From a virus (taxonomy: Duplodnaviria > Heunggongvirae > Uroviricota > Caudoviricetes), in IMG/VR virus record IMGVR_UViG_2671180254_000013: a DNA stretch of 8,151 nucleotides; one strand, written 5' to 3'. Shown here piece by piece: positions 1-4,999 of the stretch. Each line of letters opens with the position of its first letter. The first letter of the stretch is position 1. A model generated the notes under the pieces. That model searched no databases, was not told where the DNA came from, and saw only the letters and a program-made list of their open reading frames with translations. The translations under genes were made by a program, and so were the position numbers.

Positions 1-2
1 GC

Positions 3-350
3 AATAACCACTGTCATGAAATCCGTATTCTTCATCGTGCAGTTAAATACCTTCCACCAGCAGGCCATAACGGGCTTACTATTCGTTCACCGTTTCCTAG
101 TGCAGTCGTTGTTTTTAAAAAAGAACCACGTAAGCACGAAATTACACAGACGGTTTGCTGTGGTGACACGCTATTACCGTTAACCATCATTAACAGAGGA
201 GGCTTGAGAGGAAGACCCACCATTTACCCACCTGAGACGCTCGACAGCTTCATAAAACTATACAGGCAAGGAAAACCCATTAAGTGCATTGCAGATGCTC
301 TCAGAATGCCTCTGAGCACGTCATACAGGATTGCTCAAAGGTTGAGCTAG
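3..350 (+). CDS. 5'-truncated ORF (enters from left edge); C-terminal helix-turn-helix resembling the DNA-binding domain of small serine recombinases (resolvase/invertase); could also be another HTH protein such as a homing-endonuclease DNA-binding tail
   Basis: Frame 3 is open from base 3 to the TAG at 348-350 (115 codons without a stop, in AT-rich DNA). C-terminal translation ...NRGGLRGRPTIYPPETLDSFIKLYRQGKPIKCIADALRMPLSTSYRIAQRLS has the G-R-P ... helix-turn-helix ... S-T-x-Y-R pattern seen at the C-termini of Hin/Gin/resolvase proteins. The upstream ~70 residues do not look like a resolvase catalytic domain to me. It has no in-frame start in the window, so it is missing from the supplied ORF track. 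Local GC (~45% in 1-180, hand count) is higher than the rest of the window. Confidence 0.4.
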   Translation, partial: NNHCHEIRILHRAVKYLPPAGHNGLTIRSPFPSAVVVFKKEPRKHEITQTVCCGDTLLPLTIINRGGLRGRPTIYPPETLDSFIKLYRQGKPIKCIADALRMPLSTSYRIAQRLS

Positions 351-364
351 AATTCTCATAAATA

Positions 365-427
365 TGGTCATTTACAAGATAGGTGATTCAGATATTAAGA
401 AGCATCCCTGTGAACAATAAATGACCA
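365..427. repeat. 10-bp perfect inverted repeat TGGTCATTTA (365-374) / TAAATGACCA (418-427), 43 bp apart, in an AT-rich intergenic region; candidate protein-binding or recombination/origin site
   Basis: Read directly from the sequence. It lies 15 bp downstream of the left-edge ORF stop and ~300 bp upstream of the winged-helix gene. Nearby similar motifs CTGTGAACAATAA (~407-419) and CTGTGAAATAATT (~441-453). Confidence 0.45.
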
Positions 428-732
428 ATCAGTAATTATTCTGTGAAATAATTGTTGCAATTTATAATCACATCTGTTATAGTTTTTATATGGGGTGATA
501 AAAGAACTCAGAACATTAAGAGGTTACAACGTTGGGAGGCGTCAGGGTATTGACAGATTTTCACGGCCTCTTATTCAATCAAGGCTTTTCCTTTTGCTGT
601 TAATACTCGCGTAATCGCTCAGGCTTCTGAGTTCCTTTATCAGTCCATCTTCTAATTAATTCACTCCCTCTGGGGTTGGTCACTATACGTGGTCAGCCCT
701 TTCTTTGTTTTATTTTTAAAAAGGAAAATATA

Positions 733-1923
733 ATGGAAAAATTCCACATGTTTGATGACCGTATTTATCAGATGACTAATGGCGTTAAAGCTGCCGACCG
801 TATTATTTACACTGTCATGTTGAATGAACAAAAGTTTTATCACGATAAGGGGCAATATTATACCCCTTCATATGCTCATCTTGGTCAGTATGCTGGAATC
901 ACAAGAACATCCGTGATTGCATGTATGAAACAACTTGAGGCACATGGTTTAATCAAGAAAACTAACGTTGCAAGCAATCAGTGTGTTATTAAAGTTTATT
1001 CACTTGATGAAGTACCGGAGGTTTTAACAGAGCTTACAGCTAAGGAAGCCAGAAAGGCAAAGCTGGAGTCTAAAGTTACTCAGTCAGTCAAGAAAGATGA
1101 NNNNNNNNNNNNNNNNNNNNNNNNNNNNNNNNNNNNNNNNNNNNNNNNNNNNNNNNNNNNNNNNNNNNNNNNNNNNNNNNNNNNNNNNNNNNNNNNNNNN
1201 NNNNNNNNNNNNNNNNNNNNNNNNNNNNNNNNNNNNNNNNNNNNNNNNNNNNNNNNNNNNNNNNNNNNNNNNNNNNNNNNNNNNNNNNNNNNNNNNNNNN
1301 NNNNNNNNNNNNNNNNNNNNNNNNNNNNNNNNNNNNNNNNNNNNNNNNNNNNNGCTAAAGAGGTCGTTAAAAAGGAAGATAAAATCTCTGATGTGATTGC
1401 TAGTAGTGACCATAAAAACACACAGTGCCCCGCCACTGATGATGAATTACCGGATGTTGACCTTGATGATGAAGAAGACCCTGAAAAGGAATTGAAACGT
1501 GAACAGCGTAAAGCAGAAATTAAAGAAAGATTCAGAAATGCGAAGCTAAAGAACAAGGTTAGTGACCTCGATGACTTTGATGATAGTGACGATGATTTTA
1601 CTTTTACACCAAAAAAGAAAACTCACACCGAGCCAAAGAAANNNNNNNNNNNNNNNNNNNNNNNNNNNNNNNNNNNNNNNNNNNNNNNNNNNNNNNNNNN
1701 NNNNNNNNNNNNNNNNNNNNNNNNNNNNNNNNNNNNNNNNNNNNNNNNNNNNNNNNNNNNNNNNNNNNNNNNNNNNNNNNNNNNNNNNNNNNNNNNNNNN
1801 NNNNNNNNNNNNNNNNNNNNNNNNNNNNNNNNNNNNNNNNNNNNNNNNNNNNNNNNNNNNNNNNNNNNNNNNNNNNNNNNNNNNNNNNNNNNNNNNNNNN
1901 NNNNGTCCACCAGCTACGATTAA
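733..1923 (+). CDS. Winged-helix (HTH_36 / replisome-organizer-like) DNA-binding protein with acidic low-complexity C-terminal region; putative replication initiator or regulator; interior masked by N runs, 3' end uncertain
   Basis: ATG at 733 preceded by AAAGGAAA (SD-like, ~8 nt spacer); the TTG at 676 in the ORF track is a less likely start. N-terminal ~120 aa (MEKFHMFDDRIYQMTNGVKAADRIIYTVMLNEQKFYHDKGQYYTPSYAHLGQYAGITRTSVIACMKQLEAHGLIKKT) matches the pattern of HTH_36-type winged-helix domains found in phage/plasmid replication proteins. The segment between the N runs (1354-1641) stays open in the same frame and encodes a highly acidic/charged stretch (DDELPDVDLDDEEDPEKEL...DLDDFDDSDDDFTF). 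Stop TAA at 1921-1923 is only 5 codons after the second N run, so the real stop could lie inside a gap. Confidence 0.5.
   Translation: MEKFHMFDDRIYQMTNGVKAADRIIYTVMLNEQKFYHDKGQYYTPSYAHLGQYAGITRTSVIACMKQLEAHGLIKKTNVASNQCVIKVYSLDEVPEVLTELTAKEARKAKLESKVTQSVKKDXXXXXXXXXXXXXXXXXXXXXXXXXXXXXXXXXXXXXXXXXXXXXXXXXXXXXXXXXXXXXXXXXXXXXXXXXXXXXXXXXXXXXAKEVVKKEDKISDVIASSDHKNTQCPATDDELPDVDLDDEEDPEKELKREQRKAEIKERFRNAKLKNKVSDLDDFDDSDDDFTFTPKKKTHTEPKKXXXXXXXXXXXXXXXXXXXXXXXXXXXXXXXXXXXXXXXXXXXXXXXXXXXXXXXXXXXXXXXXXXXXXXXXXXXXXXXXXXXXXXXXSTSYD
1101..1353. other. Run of 253 N (assembly gap or masked sequence) inside the winged-helix gene
   Basis: Directly visible. Reading frame on both sides is compatible with a single ORF if the gap length is exact (1/3 chance by coincidence). 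Confidence 0.95.
1642..1904. other. Run of 263 N (assembly gap or masked sequence) near the 3' end of the winged-helix gene
   Basis: Directly visible. Only 18 nt of real sequence follow before the in-frame stop, so frame continuity cannot be assessed. Confidence 0.95.
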
Positions 1924-1991
1924 AAGACGGTGACCCCGGTAATCTGAGGGCCACCAATATTATCAAGGGAAAGTGCCGGTAAGGCCACCAG

Positions 1992-2168
1992 CTATTTATT
2001 TACTGAAATCTCTATCTCAACACGAAGAAGTTTAAGTCGAATTGTAAGCTTTGTCTTTTTTGTAATGACTCGATTCATAACGCAAAACACCAATAGCACA
2101 ATAAATACCGCAAAGCCCAACGAGCTAAAACGATGAGATTCAATAATTGCTGTGAAAAAATCATGCAT
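1992..2168 (-). CDS. Small putative membrane protein (58 aa from the internal ATG; 68 aa if the GTG at 2198 is used)
   Basis: Only convincing minus-strand ORF. The ATG at 2168-2166 is preceded on the minus strand by AAGGA with a 6-nt spacer; product MHDFFTAIIESHRFSSLGFAVFIVLLVFCVMNRVITKK... has one hydrophobic helix-like segment. Convergent with the winged-helix gene and divergent from the RHH operon. Short, so confidence is low. Confidence 0.3.
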   Translation of the reverse strand: MHDFFTAIIESHRFSSLGFAVFIVLLVFCVMNRVITKKTKLTIRLKLLRVEIEISVNK

Positions 2169-2240
2169 TAATTTTCCTTTTGTGAAAGGAAACAGCACCT
2201 GTATCAGCCCCTACAACCATAGTATCATGTAAATGAGGTA

Positions 2241-2269
2241 CTGACAATATGTTAAATAGATGTTAAGAT
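2241..2269 (+). promoter_or_regulatory. Putative sigma70-type promoter for the RHH operon: -35 CTGACA (2241-2246), 17-bp spacer, -10 TAAGAT (2264-2269)
   Basis: Hexamers read from sequence, 4/6 match to TATAAT and 5/6 to TTGACA, correct spacing, ~35 nt upstream of the ATG at 2306. No experimental support. Confidence 0.3.
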
Positions 2270-2305
2270 TGTAGTATGAGTAAGAGATTTAAGGAGATTT
2301 TTACA

Positions 2306-2596
2306 ATGACTCACACAGTTACGCGCCTTTTGCCAGAGGCATTTGAACGACTGGCAGCAATCAAAGCCAAATATCCCGATATGAAGCACACAGCGCTTGT
2401 TGGGGAGATTTTAAAAGAGTCGGTAAACCTTAGCCCTTTCGATAACGTTAAGGGCGTCGCAGAGGGTTCTAAGGCCATCAGAATCACAACGGGCCAACTG
2501 GAACTACTCAAAGCACAGTCCGCAGTAGCAGGTTGCTCAATGATTCAGGTGTTAAGCGCTAAGGTCCATCAACTGGCGGATAGATTGGAGGTTTAA
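2306..2596 (+). CDS. Ribbon-helix-helix-like DNA-binding protein, apparently two RHH motifs in one 96-aa chain (TraY/CopG/antitoxin-like fold class)
   Basis: ATG at 2306 preceded by AAGGAG with 8-nt spacer (preferred over the in-frame ATG at 2276, which lacks an SD). Two segments each show a beta-strand of alternating residues followed by two short helices: HTVTRLLPEAFERLAAIKAKYPDMKHTALVGEILKES and KAIRITTGQLELLKAQSAVAGCSMIQVLSAKVHQLADRL (G-x-S turn in the second). Stop TAA overlaps the next start (TAATG). Confidence 0.55.
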   Translation: MTHTVTRLLPEAFERLAAIKAKYPDMKHTALVGEILKESVNLSPFDNVKGVAEGSKAIRITTGQLELLKAQSAVAGCSMIQVLSAKVHQLADRLEV

Positions 2597-2817
2597 TGTG
2601 TTATAGGTTCCAATATTCCACACTTGGCCGCCACCTAATCAGACAGAATTTAGCAGATGCTGAATTTGAAGATGTGACCCTCAAAGCAAACAAACGATTA
2701 AAACCCTCTCAAATCCACCAGCTTAAACACGAATTAAAGCCACTGGTAATACTCGACTATAACGACCCTGAACAGCTTGAGCAGGGAATTAAGCTTATTT
2801 CTGAATGGGGTGCTTGA
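2596..2817 (+). CDS. Hypothetical protein, 73 aa, translationally coupled to the RHH gene
   Basis: ATG at 2596 overlaps the upstream stop (TAATG); GGAGG at 2587-2591 just upstream; stop TGA at 2815-2817 overlaps the next start (TGATG). No recognisable motif. Confidence 0.5.
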   Translation: MCYRFQYSTLGRHLIRQNLADAEFEDVTLKANKRLKPSQIHQLKHELKPLVILDYNDPEQLEQGIKLISEWGA

Positions 2818-3032
2818 TGAAAACTATCACAGTACAACTTCAGACTAATAAAGCATTTCGTTATTTTGAAAACTTGCTTGAGTTATACGAAGGATGGGGA
2901 AGTATCCACGGCAAAGATGATATCTATCTTCACTTGTCAGCCCCTAACTATTCTCTGAAGACTCCGGTTAAGCAAAGCTGGTTAAAAGACTACGGTCACC
3001 AGATGGGGCTATTAGTCTCAGACTTGAGCTAA
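2817..3032 (+). CDS. Hypothetical protein, 71 aa (MKTITVQLQTNKAFRYFENLLELYEGWGS...), third gene of the coupled operon
   Basis: ATG at 2817 in a TGATG overlap with the upstream stop; GGGGTG SD-like element 6 nt upstream; the ORF-track start at 2805 is in the same frame but lacks an SD. No recognisable motif. Confidence 0.5.
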   Translation: MKTITVQLQTNKAFRYFENLLELYEGWGSIHGKDDIYLHLSAPNYSLKTPVKQSWLKDYGHQMGLLVSDLS

Positions 3033-3074
3033 AAACAGCAAAACATATCTCTCAGGCTTTACCAGACGCACCAG

Positions 3075-3150
3075 AAACGTTTTTAAGCCCCTAATCAGGG
3101 TAACTTAGGGAATCGCCTTAAGTGGTCTAAAAAAGGGGTTAAAACGTCTT
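3075..3150 (+). promoter_or_regulatory. Imperfect long-range inverted repeat (AAACGTTTTTAAGCCCCT 3075-3092 / AAGGGGTTAAAACGTCTT 3133-3150) between the RHH operon and the next gene; candidate operator or RNA structure
   Basis: Arms pair over ~14 bp with one or two bulges (AGGGG/CCCCT, TTAA/TTAA, AACGT/ACGTT). No T-run follows, so not a classic intrinsic terminator. Confidence 0.3.
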
Positions 3151-3178
3151 AGAATGCGATACAGGAAGGATTTTAAAA

Positions 3179-3484
3179 ATGAATTACCCAATGCAAATTA
3201 TGGTTGACCAAGAAACCATGAATTGGTTGATTGACCTGAACAGGTCGGGCTTTAATATCTATTTCATGCATTGTTTTGAAGCGTCAACGTATATTGACAA
3301 GCATATAATCAACGAAATTAAACTTGGTGACTATGTTCACAAGCTGGAAGTAACAGACCCATACAATAAGCGCTTTATCATTGAAGAGTGCAATCGACTT
3401 GATTTAAGCCCTGAGCAATTATTGAAGCTGAATGTATTCTTGACCTATCAGAATGAATTAAACCCTTACAGCGAGGTGATGTAA
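3179..3484 (+). CDS. Hypothetical protein, 101 aa
   Basis: ATG at 3179 preceded by AGGAAGGA with ~8-nt spacer; stop TAA overlaps the start of the next small ORF (TAATG). No recognisable motif. Confidence 0.55.
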   Translation: MNYPMQIMVDQETMNWLIDLNRSGFNIYFMHCFEASTYIDKHIINEIKLGDYVHKLEVTDPYNKRFIIEECNRLDLSPEQLLKLNVFLTYQNELNPYSEVM

Positions 3485-3561
3485 TGACACTCGTTATTCT
3501 CTGGATGACTTTAGGGTTATTTGTTGGTTGCTGGGTAGGTAATACGGTAAATAAGAATTGA
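3484..3561 (+). CDS. Small hydrophobic peptide, 25 aa (MTLVILWMTLGLFVGCWVGNTVNKN); single predicted transmembrane segment; candidate small membrane toxin / holin-like or membrane-modulating peptide
   Basis: ATG at 3484 overlaps the upstream stop (TAATG) and is preceded by GAGGTG with 5-nt spacer; 17 of the first 19 residues are hydrophobic or small. Below the length cut-off of the ORF track. Short ORFs are easily false positives; the RBS and coupling raise confidence. Confidence 0.4.
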   Translation: MTLVILWMTLGLFVGCWVGNTVNKN

Positions 3562-3585
3562 TGTTACCAATCTGTTAAAAAGCTG

Positions 3586-3640
3586 TTGACAAATAACCTT
3601 AAGCATGAGATGATGGTAATAGGGAAGAGCAACTCTTCCT
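3586..3640 (+). promoter_or_regulatory. Promoter-like element (-35 TTGACA 3586-3591, 17-bp spacer, extended -10 TGaGATGAT 3606-3614) immediately followed by a 7-bp-arm palindrome GGAAGAG-CAA-CTCTTCC (3623-3639), positioned like an operator
   Basis: Perfect -35 hexamer, correct spacing, TG-extended -10 with 4/6 match; the palindrome starts ~9 bp after the -10. The next long ORF starts ~350 nt downstream (3960), so the transcript would carry a long leader or be a non-coding RNA. Confidence 0.35.
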
Positions 3641-3680
3641 GAATTAAACTATTAATCATTCTACATCAATGATAGTTATT

Positions 3681-3736
3681 CTGAAAGGTGCAATGCTTTT
3701 CGCTACATGACCTTTCAGGTTAGTCTGAGAGGTCAT
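3681..3736 (+). ncRNA. Two overlapping, mutually exclusive stem-loops (9-bp stem 3681-3689/3710-3718; 7-bp stem 3707-3713/3730-3736); candidate regulatory leader / attenuator-like RNA element or sRNA
   Basis: Both inverted repeats are perfect (CTGAAAGGT/ACCTTTCAG and ATGACCT/AGGTCAT) and share bases 3710-3713, so only one can form at a time. They lie in a ~400-nt region with no ORF longer than ~19 codons. RNA identity is inferred, not shown. Confidence 0.3.
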
Positions 3737-3761
3737 CTCGAAAAGTACTCTTGTTCATTCG

Positions 3762-3784
3762 TTTGAATCCTTTTTGAATCCTTT
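3762..3784 (+). repeat. Tandem direct repeat TTTGAATCCTTT / TTGAATCCTTT (2 copies)
   Basis: Read directly from the sequence, inside the long non-coding region upstream of the 236-aa gene. Confidence 0.5.
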
Positions 3785-3959
3785 AGATGTTTTAATTTCT
3801 TCACCTTATGAATGGCCCTTTATAAGAAATTATCTAGGGCTATTCAGCTTTTAAAAAGCATACTTGGCAAACCGCCTTTTAAGTCTCTTCTAAGTTTAGA
3901 TAGGCTGTCAGGTGTGCTTTTTAAAAACTGAAACACTTCCGCTTAGAAGAGGAAAAGCA

Positions 3960-4670
3960 ATGACAAATGATATTTACATTAATGGCAAAGTGATTGATAG
4001 CTTCAGTGACTGGTCGCCACAGACTGAACATCCAGCTATCACTATTCAGCGTAAAGAGCATGACAAGCGTATTGAGCTTGAGCAATCGCTAAAGATGTCA
4101 CCAAAAACAACCATCTTTGTGTCTCCTGAGCCTCAAGAGATGCCTGATATTTGCAAGAGTGAAGCATTACTTGAGCTTGAAAAGAAATATTACCAACTGC
4201 TGAAAGAACAGCGCCTTAGATTAGATGACGCTTACAGCAAAGTTACCTTGATGCAATCAGCTATTGAGCCGTCAGAATTTGAGATTCAGGATGAATTGTC
4301 ACAGAAACCATTTGTCTATTACCAATACGAAGATAATGATGGTTTTGGTACTTTTCAAGAAAACGTCGCAGCCGTGATTAGTAGTCTTCCTGCTGGACAT
4401 CGAATTGTGAAGATGGTTAAGGCATCAAGAGGTGCTGGTCAGTTTATTTACATGACTAATAAGAGCGATGAAGAACTCGCTGAAATTGCTAGACAGAACA
4501 TCTTGGCATCACGTAACAAGCAACTTGATAATGTTAAGTTGTATCTCTCAAGAGAGCTTCAGGCTATGAAAGAGCTTGTGAAAGAATATGAAGATGCTAA
4601 GAAGATTGCTATGCAGGCTGATATTGAGCAGCTTACGAAGATTTCTAGCAAATATGCAAAGGCTATTTAA
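3960..4670 (+). CDS. Hypothetical protein, 236 aa, charged and coiled-coil-rich C-terminal half; function unknown (not recognisably a tail tube or tail chaperone)
   Basis: ATG at 3960 preceded by AGAGGA with 6-nt spacer (the GTG at 3912 in the ORF track is a less likely start); stop TAA at 4668-4670. No motif I can name. Confidence 0.6.
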   Translation: MTNDIYINGKVIDSFSDWSPQTEHPAITIQRKEHDKRIELEQSLKMSPKTTIFVSPEPQEMPDICKSEALLELEKKYYQLLKEQRLRLDDAYSKVTLMQSAIEPSEFEIQDELSQKPFVYYQYEDNDGFGTFQENVAAVISSLPAGHRIVKMVKASRGAGQFIYMTNKSDEELAEIARQNILASRNKQLDNVKLYLSRELQAMKELVKEYEDAKKIAMQADIEQLTKISSKYAKAI

Positions 4671-4694
4671 TTAATAATTAAAAGGTGGTGGTGA

Positions 4695-4901
4695 ATGATT
4701 GATTTAACAGAACGCTATGAGCTTATTAAAGCAATTAGTGAACGATTGAAAGAACAACCCAACAAACCAAAACGAATCAAATCATTCACCTCCTCTAAGC
4801 AAAAGAATAGAATCAGGAAAATAGCTAAGTGGTGTCTTGATAAATTACCAAGTGATTGTCAGATTGTTGGTGAAGATGGTAATTATTATCTGGTTAGGTA
4901 A
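4695..4901 (+). CDS. Hypothetical small basic protein, 68 aa (K/R-rich centre: NKPKRIKSFTSSKQKNRIRKIAKW)
   Basis: ATG at 4695 preceded by AGGTGG with 6-nt spacer; stop TAA at 4899-4901. Basic composition suggests nucleic-acid binding, but that is inference. Confidence 0.5.
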   Translation: MIDLTERYELIKAISERLKEQPNKPKRIKSFTSSKQKNRIRKIAKWCLDKLPSDCQIVGEDGNYYLVR

Positions 4902-4999
4902 CAAGATTGGTTGGGTGAAAATCTACGGGAGAGATTATCGAGTGATATCGGTAGTCTTTCCCTTTTTCGTATATGAACACTTAAAGAGGTGAAACATGA

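Noticed and set aside
32-223. Minus-strand 63-aa ORF
   Set aside because: Lies antisense to the longer plus-strand open frame entering from the left edge; no SD; product shows no recognisable features.
360-730. DnaA boxes / classical oriC in the AT-rich region upstream of the winged-helix gene
   Set aside because: Best candidates have 2-3 mismatches to TTATCCACA; not convincing without a search tool. Only the 10-bp inverted repeat is reported.
676-732. TTG start at 676 for the winged-helix gene (ORF-track start)
   Set aside because: The in-frame ATG at 733 has a proper SD (AAAGGAAA) at correct spacing; the TTG has none and would add an N-terminal extension reading through the ribosome-binding region.
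661-855. Minus-strand 64-aa ORF overlapping the start of the winged-helix gene
   Set aside because: Antisense to a well-supported plus-strand gene with SD; typical of spurious AT-rich antisense ORFs.
1080-1966. Several ORFs on both strands (1080-1556, 1084-1413, 1097-1396, 1562-1933, 1604-1966, 1623-1910) consisting mostly of X residues
   Set aside because: Artifacts of translating through N runs; they carry no sequence information.
2276-2305. ATG at 2276 as the start of the RHH gene
   Set aside because: No SD upstream, whereas the in-frame ATG at 2306 has AAGGAG at 8-nt spacing; the longer form cannot be excluded.
2311-2511. Minus-strand 66-aa ORF
   Set aside because: Entirely antisense within the RHH gene; no SD.
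3912-3959. GTG start at 3912 for the 236-aa gene
   Set aside because: The ATG at 3960 has AGAGGA at 6-nt spacing; the GTG has no SD.
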